A DNA stretch of 55,269 bases, taken from contig JBBSYZ010000015.1 of assembly GCA_038045005.1 (NCBI GenBank), positions 1 to 55,269 of the forward strand, given 5' to 3'. The notes under the pieces were generated by a model. The model had not been told where the DNA came from, did no database searches, and worked only from the letters and a program-made list of their open reading frames with translations. Of the stretch, positions 1-8,204 are shown piece after piece; the stretch's first letter is position 1; every line of letters begins with the position of its first letter. This stretch comes from Nanobdellota archaeon (GTDB lineage: Archaea; Nanobdellota; Nanobdellia; Woesearchaeales; GW2011-AR9). Position numbers and translations under genes: made by a program.

Positions 1-257
1 AGAAAACTGATAGGTTTCAGTTTTCTTGCGCCCGCAGGGCGCGGCGCGCAAAATAGCGGCCCTTATCGGACATCAGCACCGAATAGTTTTGTAATATGCT
101 ATGATACCATCCTATCTGATCCTGAAAATGCGGTTAAAGTTTTGAATGACGAAAGAGCTGCCGGTTTAGCCAAGCTTTTAGGAAGTTATTTATCTGCTAA
201 AGGAAAATAATCTTAAAATTTTTTTTAAGTGGGTTTTTCTAAATCAGAAGCGGGTTT

Positions 258-1871
258 TCATCTCGGACAAGTCTCGTAAATAGTATCTGCAGTTAAAGTG
301 AACTCCACTTCTGTCAAATCCGGATGATTCAGGATTTCGCTGGTTTCGCCTTCAGTCAAAGTGATGATTCTTTCACTGATAATCTCTCCCGGTTTCTTTA
401 AGATGATGTTGATGGGCACAATCGGAGCTTCTCCCTTGCAGTGCTGAGGCATTTCCAGCAGTTTCCATTCCAACGCTCCTGCAGCAGTATAACTCCCCCT
501 TTTAGGTTTGATGCTGTAGGTCTCTCCGTCGCTGGTAAGCATCTTCACCGCATAATAGCTGCATAATTTGGTGCAATCTCCGTCTCCCTTATACAAAGAT
601 GCCAGCGTATGGCAGGATCCTTCAACACAATATTCTCCTGCCGGGCATTGATTATTGTCTTTGCACACACCGCCAGTCACCTGTCCCCGCCGCGCTTCCG
701 TGACATCGCAGATGGTGGAATTGTCTACATCTAAACAGCAGGCGTCGCCAGCAGGAGTCAAGGTGTGCGGAGGGGTGCATTCAACAGCATAAGTGATCTC
801 TCCGGCTTTTCCTCCTTCCACACCGCCGACCAATCTCTGGAATTCGATCGCTTTTCCCGCAGTTATGCCGCGCAGTAAAAATAAGATGCCGACGATCAGC
901 AATAAGCTGACTACGGCCACGCCCATGATCTTCTTCGGGTCGTAAGCGATATTTGGCGCGGTTTTTCTTACCGCTGATATTTTTTCTCCGGCATTTTTTA
1001 CTTCCGCAGTTCCAGCGCTTTTGTATTGCTGGTAATTCTTCCGGACGGTTTCTTTATATGCCCAATCAATATCTTGTTCCGACCATCCGGCCTTAAGGAG
1101 TTTTTCTTTTATCTGCGGTAATTTTTTACCTTGTTTAATGTGGGCGGTAATGTAATTCAGAATGTCCGGGCGGGCGCCACGTTTTTTTTGAGTGACATAA
1201 TATGCCGTGCCTCCTGCTACACCGGCTACTAAGAGGATCAATAGCGCCGTCACCATGAAACTGTTCAGGCGCTGGCGCTGCCCGAGCGTCTCCTGTACCG
1301 TAGTCAAGGTCTGCTGTGTCTTTTCCACACTTTCCTGCAGTCCTGCTAATCCCGTCGTCAATGAAGTCTGCTGGGATGATAATTTAGTATCAAGATTGTT
1401 CTTGAGAAAATTAAGATCAGTTTCCAGTGCTTCTAATTGTTCTTGGATAGTTTTAATATCGCTATTGGTCAATGAAACGCTTGAAGTCATCTGCTCCAAA
1501 GTATTTTGCAGCAAGAGCAGATTTTCTTCCAGGGCAGCCACTTTCGTTTCTGTGGTCGTTGTTTTTACCGGTGCAGCAGCGGCAGTACCAGTTACATTTG
1601 CGGTTTCGTTTACTGCCGGTTCAGAAACCTGCTGGAAACAGGTGCCGGAGTCAAAGTTGCAGTAATAAATTTCCCCCTCCTCACTGAGCGATTCGCAGCC
1701 TAAAGAACAAGGATAATTGGTATCTACATCCGCAGAAGCAGCAAAAGCAATAATGCCGGACAAAATAATAAATACAACAACTAATAATAGTATCTTTTTC
1801 ATAGTCCTCTTTTTAAACAGAGGAGTGCTTTCTGGCTTTATATATTTTTGGTTTTTATCTTTTTTATTCAT
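258..1871 (-). CDS. Hypothetical membrane/surface protein (N-terminal TM, Cys-rich segment, long Q/T/L-rich coiled coil, two further TMs bracketing a short cytoplasmic module, Cys-rich C-terminal ectodomain)
   Basis: 537-aa ORF. Hydrophobic helices at ILLLVVVFIILSGIIAFA, VTALLILLVAGVAGG and IMGVAVVSLLLIVGILFLL. Heptad-like region runs from LEENLLLLQNTLEQ to TVQETLGQ. No enzyme motif recognised. Confidence 0.55.
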   Translation of the reverse strand: MNKKDKNQKYIKPESTPLFKKRTMKKILLLVVVFIILSGIIAFAASADVDTNYPCSLGCESLSEEGEIYYCNFDSGTCFQQVSEPAVNETANVTGTAAAAPVKTTTTETKVAALEENLLLLQNTLEQMTSSVSLTNSDIKTIQEQLEALETDLNFLKNNLDTKLSSQQTSLTTGLAGLQESVEKTQQTLTTVQETLGQRQRLNSFMVTALLILLVAGVAGGTAYYVTQKKRGARPDILNYITAHIKQGKKLPQIKEKLLKAGWSEQDIDWAYKETVRKNYQQYKSAGTAEVKNAGEKISAVRKTAPNIAYDPKKIMGVAVVSLLLIVGILFLLRGITAGKAIEFQRLVGGVEGGKAGEITYAVECTPPHTLTPAGDACCLDVDNSTICDVTEARRGQVTGGVCKDNNQCPAGEYCVEGSCHTLASLYKGDGDCTKLCSYYAVKMLTSDGETYSIKPKRGSYTAAGALEWKLLEMPQHCKGEAPIVPINIILKKPGEIISERIITLTEGETSEILNHPDLTEVEFTLTADTIYETCPR

Positions 1872-1906
1872 CTGCCCGTTTTTGATCTATTTGTATTTCA
1901 GCAATA

Positions 1907-1914
1907 TTTATATA
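1907..1914 (+). promoter_or_regulatory. Candidate archaeal TATA box for serS
   Basis: TTTATATA lies 25 nt upstream of the serS ATG at 1939, inside ATATTTATATAAAG. It resembles the AACATTTATATA motif seen upstream of other genes here. Confidence 0.45.
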
Positions 1915-1938
1915 AAGAAAATATCCTTTCCCTCAAAC

Positions 1939-3231
1939 ATGCTGGACATCAAATATGTGCGCGAAAATCCTGAACTGGTGAAAGCTTCTGAAAAGAAGCG
2001 CGGCCGGGATCCTTTGGCAGTGGGCGCAGTCCTGAAACTGGATGAAGATTGGAAAAAAGAGCTCAAAATAGTGGAAGAATTAAAGCATCGGCGTAATGTC
2101 GTTTCTGAAGAGATCAACAAAGCCAAGAAAGAAAAAAAAGAGAAAGAAGCAGTCCAAAAAATTCAGGAGATGAAGGCCGTCGCGGGGCAGATCAAAGAAA
2201 AAGAATATCATGCAGATGAGCTTCTGCATCAAAGGAATGAAACACTAAAAAAAATAGGGAACGTGTTGGATAAACAGGTTCCTGTCGGTAAAGATGAGAA
2301 GGATAACAAGGAATTGAATAAATGGGGAAAGATGCCTAAATTTACATTTCCTATCAAAGACCACATTGAACTTGGTCTGGAGTTGGATCTGATCGATTTG
2401 GAAACTGCAGCAGCAGTTTCAGGAGCAAGATTTTATTATCTTAAAAACGAAGCGGTGCTGCTTGACGCGGCCCTGCAGCGCTTTGCTATAGATGTGCTGT
2501 TGGAACACGGTTTTTCATTGCATTGGCCGCCATTCATGCTTAACAAAGCAGCGTTAGAAGGCGGGGTAAATCTTAATGAATTTGAAGATACCGTCTACAA
2601 GATCGATGGCGAAGATCTCTATCTCATCGGGACTTCTGAGCATCCGCTGCTGGCGTTAAAGAAAGATAAAGTGCTGCAGGAGCAGGAATTGCCGCAGAAG
2701 ATGGGCGGATTGAGCACTTGTTTCCGTAAAGAAGCCGGGGCGCACGGAAAAGATACCAAAGGCATTTTCCGCGTGCATCAGTTCAACAAAGTAGAGCAGA
2801 TAATCATCTGCAAGCCGGAAGATTCGCCGAAATATTTCAAACAGATGCAGACCATCACTGAATCTCTTTTCAAAGAATTGGAAATACCTTACCGGGTTGT
2901 AGCGGTATGCAGCGGGGACATCGGAAACAAACAATCCTTGCAATACGACATCGAAGTCTGGTTTCCAGGCCAGAATGATAAGAACGGCGCATACCGTGAA
3001 GTCACATCCTGCAGCAATTGTTTGGATTATCAGGCCGTGACATTGAATACTAAGTTCGTAACCAAAACTGGCGAAAAGAAATACGTGCACATGCTGAATA
3101 ATACTGCGATTGCTACTTCTAGGGTCATCGTGGCCATTTTGGAAAACTTCCAGACTAAAGAAGGCACGGTTAAGATTCCTAAAGTTCTCTGGCCGTATAT
3201 GAATGGGATCAAGGAGATCAAGAAGAAGTGA
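1939..3231 (+). CDS. serS: Seryl-tRNA synthetase
   Basis: Start MLDIKYVRENPELV. The N-terminal coiled-coil arm and class II core motifs are present (FRKEAGAHGKDTKGIFRVHQF; REVTSCSNCLDYQA; MLNNTAIATSRVIVAILEN). The track ORF starts at 1717, but that extension overlaps the divergent gene and is hydrophobic junk. ATG at 1939 chosen. Confidence 0.95.
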   Translation: MLDIKYVRENPELVKASEKKRGRDPLAVGAVLKLDEDWKKELKIVEELKHRRNVVSEEINKAKKEKKEKEAVQKIQEMKAVAGQIKEKEYHADELLHQRNETLKKIGNVLDKQVPVGKDEKDNKELNKWGKMPKFTFPIKDHIELGLELDLIDLETAAAVSGARFYYLKNEAVLLDAALQRFAIDVLLEHGFSLHWPPFMLNKAALEGGVNLNEFEDTVYKIDGEDLYLIGTSEHPLLALKKDKVLQEQELPQKMGGLSTCFRKEAGAHGKDTKGIFRVHQFNKVEQIIICKPEDSPKYFKQMQTITESLFKELEIPYRVVAVCSGDIGNKQSLQYDIEVWFPGQNDKNGAYREVTSCSNCLDYQAVTLNTKFVTKTGEKKYVHMLNNTAIATSRVIVAILENFQTKEGTVKIPKVLWPYMNGIKEIKKK

Positions 3232-3299
3232 GTTATTTTTGAATTATTTTTCGATGTAGATTATCACATTTTTAGTTATACTAATACCCAAGAATAAAA

Positions 3300-3473
3300 A
3301 AGCGCCATCGCCCGGACTTTCAGAATGATTACGCATTAATCCGCAGTGCGTTAGGCTTTATGCCTAACCCGCTCTTGCGTATCAAATGCGCGTAACCATT
3401 TGTTTGAACCGGGAATTCCTTACGGAACAGGATTAGCAATCCTGCGCAATACCGGATTATGCGACGATGGCAA
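3300..3473 (-). ncRNA. Candidate structured RNA of unknown class (alternatively a foldback repeat)
   Basis: A GC-enriched island sits in an AT-rich spacer. The terminal helix is GCCATCG 3304-3310 with CGATGGC 3465-3471. A second helix is GCATTAATCCG 3333-3343 with CGGATTATGC 3452-3461. Internal hairpins are GTTAGGC-TTTA-GCCTAAC, GCGTAT-CAA-ATGCGC and CAGGATT-AGC-AATCCTG. On the minus strand the fold is preceded by TTTAAAAA (plus 3498-3505, about 27 nt upstream) and followed by a U6 tract (plus A-run 3296-3301). Confidence 0.3.
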
Positions 3474-3554
3474 TGTTTAAATCTACTTTCAGCCTTGTTT
3501 TTAAATTTTCCGATTAAATCAGAGAAATAAATTTAATAAAAAGAATCAGGACAT

Positions 3555-3962
3555 TTATTGTGATTCCGGATCATCTGCGGAAAGGGTATTTCTGTGGATG
3601 CGCGCAAAATGAGGCACGGCTACAACATAATCTTCACCGAAACCAGCAATGTCGCCTTCAATTGCCTCACAGGTTTTCCTTAACTTAGAAATTGCTCTTT
3701 TCAATTCAACTAAGTCTTTTTCCCGTAATGGTTTGATATTTATCAAGGCAATAGTTGTTCCTTCCCGCAAAACGTCAAGGACCGTCTTGATGTCTTCAAA
3801 TTCTTCCATCACAAACGGGCGGACCATCACTTTAGCTTTATCTTCCTTGGAAGATGCTCCGGTCTCTAACTCAACATAATTGTCGCCTTGCTGCGTATCT
3901 TCCTCTTCGGAAGGACGCATAAATTTTTCCTTTAATTGTAACAAAAAATCTTTCATAGTCAC
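3555..3962 (-). CDS. sepF: Cell division protein SepF (archaeal type)
   Basis: 135 aa. The C-terminal SepF/DUF552 core is VMVRPFVMEEFEDIKTVLDVLREGTTIALINIKPL...AIEGDIAGFGEDYVVAVP. Confidence 0.85.
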   Translation of the reverse strand: MTMKDFLLQLKEKFMRPSEEEDTQQGDNYVELETGASSKEDKAKVMVRPFVMEEFEDIKTVLDVLREGTTIALINIKPLREKDLVELKRAISKLRKTCEAIEGDIAGFGEDYVVAVPHFARIHRNTLSADDPESQ

Positions 3963-4021
3963 ACACCCTCGCTTTTTGTTCTACTTTTATGAATAAGATG
4001 AAGCCTAAAGAAATATACTAA

Positions 4022-4033
4022 TATATAAATGTT
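4022..4033 (-). promoter_or_regulatory. Candidate TATA box (AACATTTATATA) upstream of sepF
   Basis: The minus strand reads AACATTTATATA about 60 nt upstream of the sepF ATG. A GAGGGTG Shine-Dalgarno-like site precedes the start. Confidence 0.4.
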
Positions 4034-4112
4034 TTTATCTTGCGATATTCACATTAAAAGAACCAGAAAGCTACGTATTTTGATTGGCGGATAATGGCTT
4101 TCTGTTTCTTTT

Positions 4113-4274
4113 ATGTCCCAAAGTGCGGGGTCAAGAAAGCGCCTTCTTTTTTAAACTAATTTATTGTAAGCTTTAGTACGTAGTTAGGAACTTTCAAGAA
4201 ATATGAAAACTATCATATTTCTGAACTGAAAACAGATCGTTGTCGGTTTTCATTTTCCCGCACTTTTAGGACAT
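4113..4274. repeat. Foldback element, copy 1 (arms shared with 8251-8458)
   Basis: The arms are ATGTCCCAAAGTGCGGGG (4113-4130) and TTCCCGCACTTTTAGGACAT (4255-4274), and they are complementary. The same arms occur at 8251-8268 and 8441-8458. The interior differs between the two copies except for the shared mini-element. Confidence 0.8.
4195..4254 (+). mobile_element. 60-nt tandem-hairpin mini-element, copy A
   Basis: Sequence CAAGAAATATGA-AAACTA-TCATATTTCTG-AAC-TGAAAAC-AGATCGTTGTCG-GTTTTCATT, flanked by TT on both sides. 59/60 identical to 8381-8440. Confidence 0.7.
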
Positions 4275-4294
4275 TTAGGCAGAAGTGTTGCTTA

Positions 4295-5731
4295 TTATTC
4301 CAGGCGGAAGACATTGGAATAAGCTTTGCTTAATCTGCTTCCTTTCTTTCGTTTGAATTCTACCGTTGCCCGGGGCAGGCTGAATGTTCCTAGGATGTTT
4401 AATTTAGCTTTGATTTTATAACTTATCAACCGTTGTTCATGGCTGTCTAGTTCAGCGAGCGACCAGGTCACTTTAGTGCCCATTTTAGTCTGCTTTATTT
4501 CCTGCGGCTTAAGCGTTCCCAATTCCAAGCCGCGATCGATGTTGGCGATGCTGGGCACAAGATCGGTGACTATGACTTCTTTGATCAGCTTTTTGGAATG
4601 ATTCCTCAGTTCTAAAGTTATTTTTACTTCTGAAAGCGTGCCGTCTTCATTGCTGCGGGAAGTGGTTGCAGTTTTTTGGACGCTTATCGGAGATTGCACG
4701 TAAAAATAAAATCCGGCAAATAAAAGCAGGGCCGCAAGCACATAAGCGATGATTCGGTAATTGACCGTCATCGGGATATCAACTGTTTCTCCCGGTCCCA
4801 AGGACATCTCCCAGCTTAAATAACGCTGTTCTTCTTCCAGAAGCATTTTACCCTCGTTATCGTCGCTGCTGGTGAATAAGGCCGACCACAATGAAACGGG
4901 TTCTTTGACTATCTGCGTATTGCGCACATTTCCGATATTTTTTACGGTAAGAGTCTTAGATGTTTTAAGATATTTTTCCTCTTCAGTGCTTATGACTTCA
5001 AATGGCGGCATAAGAGAAAGAATCTCCATTTTTTGCTCAATGATCTTCACCATTTCGCCGTTGCGTTCAAAGACGAAAAAAAGAGCGTATTCCTTCGGCT
5101 GCTGGTAAGGATTAGGCACGACGCTGAATTCTACAGTTTTCTTCTGCAGGGGAGATAAATCCACGGAAAGTTCCTTTTCAAATTCAGGAATCTCAGTTTG
5201 CAACCTTATTTTTAATCCCGTTAAATCCAATGGATTTCTGTTTTCTAGGAATAGTTTGATCGATAACGGCTCCCGCGGATTGACTTTATCGGCCATGTCG
5301 ACCACCACCTTGATCGCCGGGATATAATCCATGGGCTCTTTCGGCTTCAGATAAATTTTCAATGCTTCATCATAAGATTCGCCTAAATCACTCTGGATGG
5401 TGACATATACAAAATAAATTCCTGGCGGGAAATCCCCTAATGCTTTGGCAATTATCGTGGTAGTATGGGATCTTCCCGGCGCCAATTCTATTATCTTATC
5501 TCTAAGAGGAAACGCATCAACATTCCACCCCTGTCCAGATTGCAAAGAATAAATGCTGTAGCGTTGCGTTTGATCGGCATTATTGGTTATGGTCAAACTG
5601 AATGACGCTTCTTCTAAAGTCGTAATCTCGTTCTTAATCGGTGCTGAAACAAGGGAAGATTCGGCCAGAACCGAGCCGGAAAATAGGGAAAATAGCAGAA
5701 CCAGCAGCAGAAAAAATTTCATCCCTCGCAC
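4295..5731 (-). CDS. Secreted/membrane-anchored surface protein with beta-sandwich (CARDB/NEW3/DUF11-like) repeats
   Basis: 478 aa. Signal peptide MKFFLLLVLLFSLFSGSVLA, repeated beta-rich modules, one TM (IIAYVLAALLLFAGFYFYV) and a C-terminal DUF11-like module. Family assignment is by general resemblance only. Confidence 0.5.
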   Translation of the reverse strand: MRGMKFFLLLVLLFSLFSGSVLAESSLVSAPIKNEITTLEEASFSLTITNNADQTQRYSIYSLQSGQGWNVDAFPLRDKIIELAPGRSHTTTIIAKALGDFPPGIYFVYVTIQSDLGESYDEALKIYLKPKEPMDYIPAIKVVVDMADKVNPREPLSIKLFLENRNPLDLTGLKIRLQTEIPEFEKELSVDLSPLQKKTVEFSVVPNPYQQPKEYALFFVFERNGEMVKIIEQKMEILSLMPPFEVISTEEEKYLKTSKTLTVKNIGNVRNTQIVKEPVSLWSALFTSSDDNEGKMLLEEEQRYLSWEMSLGPGETVDIPMTVNYRIIAYVLAALLLFAGFYFYVQSPISVQKTATTSRSNEDGTLSEVKITLELRNHSKKLIKEVIVTDLVPSIANIDRGLELGTLKPQEIKQTKMGTKVTWSLAELDSHEQRLISYKIKAKLNILGTFSLPRATVEFKRKKGSRLSKAYSNVFRLE

Positions 5732-5848
5732 GTTTACTTACACCTCTCTTAAGAGTCACTTAAATAAGAACTACTATTTAAAGAATTCGTTTTTATTTAT
5801 GGTTTGTTTGAAAATCTTTTGTTAAAACAAGCTCAAAACTATTTCCGC

Positions 5849-5860
5849 AACATTTATATA
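5849..5860 (+). promoter_or_regulatory. Candidate TATA box (AACATTTATATA) for the 5902 gene
   Basis: Exact AACATTTATATA lies 41 nt upstream of the ATG at 5902. AAGGAG Shine-Dalgarno site at 5888-5893. Confidence 0.45.
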
Positions 5861-5901
5861 CTCTTTTCTTTTAATTTGTTTTAGAAAAAGGAGTGCGATA
5901 G

Positions 5902-6450
5902 ATGGCAGAAGAAAGCGCCTTCCGGGGCATGATTGGATTTCTGAACAAGTTAGGAGTATACGATGTTATTCTTCCATTTCTGCTGGTATTCACTATTGTG
6001 TTTGCCATTCTGGAAAAAACCAAAATCCTGGGCGTAGATAAGATTGAAGGGAAAGAGCTTGGCAAGAAAAATATCAATGCCATGGTCGCTTTCGTGATTG
6101 CCTTTCTGGTAATCGCTTCCACGCAGCTGGTCGCCGTCATCAATCAGGTCATGGCCAATGTGGTGCTGCTTATAATCCTGGGGGTTTGTTTTCTTTTGCT
6201 GATCGGGGTATTTTTTGGCGATAAGGAATTCACACTTAAAGATTTCCCCACCTGGCAGACTATCCTGATGGTGCTTATGTTTGTAGGTATAGTGGCCATT
6301 TTCCTTGATGCGTTGGGGTGGCTAAAGTACATATTTTTCCTGTTTGAGAACCTGAATGCTGACTGGGCGGCATCAATAATTTTCATAGTGATTATATTGG
6401 GCTTCATGTGGTTTATAACCAAAAGTCCGGAAAAAAAAGAATCTAAATAA
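5902..6450 (+). CDS. Polytopic membrane protein, paralogue 1 of 3
   Basis: 182 aa with about 5 TM helices. The N-terminal motif GVYDVILPFLLVFTIVFAIL is shared with the next two genes. Confidence 0.6.
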   Translation: MAEESAFRGMIGFLNKLGVYDVILPFLLVFTIVFAILEKTKILGVDKIEGKELGKKNINAMVAFVIAFLVIASTQLVAVINQVMANVVLLIILGVCFLLLIGVFFGDKEFTLKDFPTWQTILMVLMFVGIVAIFLDALGWLKYIFFLFENLNADWAASIIFIVIILGFMWFITKSPEKKESK

Positions 6451-6515
6451 AAATGAAAATAAATAAGAGTGAAAAACAGTGATGAGAAACATGACGAGAA
6501 ATAGGAGGTTAAACT

Positions 6516-7085
6516 ATGGTTAGTCCAAATTTTTCTAACTTGGCGCATTATTTTCAGGCTTACGGGGTGATGGATTTTCTACTGCCGTTCATTTTAGTAT
6601 TTACTATCGTGTATGCGGTAACTGCACGGCTGTCCTTGTTTAAGGATCATAAGAATTTCCAGATAATTATCGCTTTAGTGCTGGCATTGATGTTTGTAGT
6701 TCCTCACATCACCGGCACTTATCCGCGGGGTTACGACCCGGTGCAGGTAATGAATGAAACTCTGCCCAGCATTTCGCTGGTTTCCATCGCCGCTATCATG
6801 GTTTTATTGCTCATGGGCATCTTTGGCGCTGATTTTTCAGCCGCTGCCGCTCCCTGGATTGCTTTTTTAGCGTTAGGATTTGTCGCTTATATTTTTGGTG
6901 CTTCTTTAGGTTTATGGAGGGGCCCGTATGAAATATTTTACTGGTGGAGTTCCGAAGTGACTGAATTGATGATCGTCCTGCTGATTTTCGGTTTGATAGT
7001 GTGGCTGATAGTCAGAGAACCCGGACAGAAAAGTATGTTCAGCAAAATCTTGGAGGGCGCCAGCAAACTGGTTGAAAAGAGGTAA
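6516..7085 (+). CDS. Polytopic membrane protein, paralogue 2 of 3
   Basis: 189 aa. Motif GVMDFLLPFILVFTIVYAVT. Strong AGGAGG site 9 nt upstream. Confidence 0.6.
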   Translation: MVSPNFSNLAHYFQAYGVMDFLLPFILVFTIVYAVTARLSLFKDHKNFQIIIALVLALMFVVPHITGTYPRGYDPVQVMNETLPSISLVSIAAIMVLLLMGIFGADFSAAAAPWIAFLALGFVAYIFGASLGLWRGPYEIFYWWSSEVTELMIVLLIFGLIVWLIVREPGQKSMFSKILEGASKLVEKR

Positions 7086-7096
7086 TCCTGATAAAT

Positions 7097-7639
7097 ATGG
7101 TCTCCGTCATCGATCTAGGTTTGTTGCAGCTGGTAGATTTTGTTTTTCCTTTTCTATTAGTTTGGGCTTTTGTTTATGCTCTTCTGCATAAATTCAAGCT
7201 GCTGGGAGAATCTCCGGCCATCAATGCCCTGATTGCGACAGCTATCGCCTTTACAGTATTGCTTTCCAGGACGATTATTGATATGATCAATTTTATGATT
7301 CCCTGGTTCGCCATCACCATAATTTTTTTCATCCTCATGGTATTGCTGTTCATGATCATGGGAGCTAAAGAGCCCTTGAACGCGTACTCAGATAAAAGTC
7401 TGCAATGGCTGCTTATCGCTATCGGAATCATCATTGTTTTTGCCGCTTTCGGAAAAGTGATGGGGCAATCGTTATTAGAGCAGGCTTCTCAGCAGGAAGA
7501 AATTTCTGCCGGAGAGGAAGATGCAGTCAGCGGAAGCTTTCAGCAGAACATCTATGCTACTCTTTTCCATCCCAAAGTATTGGGTTTGATAGTTATCTTT
7601 GCCATAGCCGTGTTTACGGTCGCCTTGTTAAGCGGATAA
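7097..7639 (+). CDS. Polytopic membrane protein, paralogue 3 of 3
   Basis: 180 aa. Motif LVDFVFPFLLVWAFVYALL, with an acidic Q/E-rich loop before the last TM. Confidence 0.6.
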   Translation: MVSVIDLGLLQLVDFVFPFLLVWAFVYALLHKFKLLGESPAINALIATAIAFTVLLSRTIIDMINFMIPWFAITIIFFILMVLLFMIMGAKEPLNAYSDKSLQWLLIAIGIIIVFAAFGKVMGQSLLEQASQQEEISAGEEDAVSGSFQQNIYATLFHPKVLGLIVIFAIAVFTVALLSG

Positions 7640-7736
7640 ATATTTTCCTAATCCGGAAAGATTAGCCATAGTTGGCAAAGGAATATTGACAAATTTTCAG
7701 AAATTTTTTTAAATAAACGTGTATTCTGTAGTATAT

Positions 7737-8171
7737 ATGTCAAAAACAAAGAAAACTGTATGCGCCGGCGGAGTAGTGTTGAACGAAGAGGGCTTAGTGC
7801 TAGTAGTTAATTCTCGCGGAAATTCATGGTCTTTGCCTAAAGGGCATCTGGAGAAGGGAGAAAGTCCTCTTGAAGCAGCGGTGCGTGAAATCCGAGAGGA
7901 ATCTGGAGTGACTGAACTTGATTTAAAGGGTTATATAGGCAGCTACAGTCGGTATAAAAGAAGCGCCAACGGCGGAAAGGGCCGGACAGAACGCAAGAAA
8001 ATCCATTTATATCTTTTCAAAACCACTCAGCGTGATATTTATCCTTTGGACTGCCATACGCAAGATGCGCGTTGGGTTCCCAAAGAGCAGGTTCCTAAAT
8101 TATTGGCTCACAAAGAAGATAAAAAATATTTTAAGCGAGTGGTGCATGGATTGTATGGTTTTTATTTTTGA
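7737..8171 (+). CDS. NUDIX hydrolase
   Basis: Nudix box GHLEKGESPLEAAVREIREESGV. ATG at 7737 preferred over the GTG at 7719. Confidence 0.85.
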   Translation: MSKTKKTVCAGGVVLNEEGLVLVVNSRGNSWSLPKGHLEKGESPLEAAVREIREESGVTELDLKGYIGSYSRYKRSANGGKGRTERKKIHLYLFKTTQRDIYPLDCHTQDARWVPKEQVPKLLAHKEDKKYFKRVVHGLYGFYF

Positions 8172-8204
8172 TGAGCGCTTCTTTAGATGGGCTTGATACA
8201 TTAA

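Noticed and set aside
1-210. Open frame running from the window edge to TAA at 208-210 (…LSDPENAVKVLNDERAAGLAKLLGSYLSAKGK).
   Set aside because: It could be the 3' end of a gene cut by the window. However, the first ~55 nt are hairpins of the repeat type (AGAAAACTGA-TAGGTT-TCAGTTTTCT at 1-26; GCGCCC-GCA-GGGCGC), and there is no recognisable motif. The support is too weak to list it as a feature.
1207-1703. Three plus-strand ORFs (1207-1665, 1472-1687, 1506-1703), and similar short antisense ORFs throughout the track (for example inside serS, the FlaI-like gene, sufB/sufS, rad50, both nrdJ genes and the 27316 gene).
   Set aside because: They lie wholly inside longer ORFs that carry recognisable motifs on the other strand or frame. 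Their translations are low-complexity or Cys/Arg/Ser-rich shadows, and they have no ribosome-binding or promoter signals.
1717-1938. N-terminal 74-aa extension of the serS ORF.
   Set aside because: It overlaps the 5' end of the divergent 258-1871 gene and is a hydrophobic shadow. The conserved SerRS N-terminus MLDIKYVR starts at 1939, with a TATA box 25 nt upstream.
3310-3321. RNase P RNA call based on the minus-strand 12-mer GAAAGUCCGGGC.
   Set aside because: The motif lies at the 3' end of the fold next to the closing helix instead of after P3 near the 5' end. No ACAGAA..GGCUUA (CR-V) partner or P4 pairing could be found, and the element is only about 170 nt. It is kept only as a note within the ncRNA finding.
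4195-4254. Hammerhead ribozyme or box C/D sRNA interpretation of the tandem hairpins (CTGAACTGAAA centre).
   Set aside because: There is no CUGAUGA hammerhead core and no RUGAUGA C box. The CUGA occurrences are part of the stems. The architecture does not fit either family.
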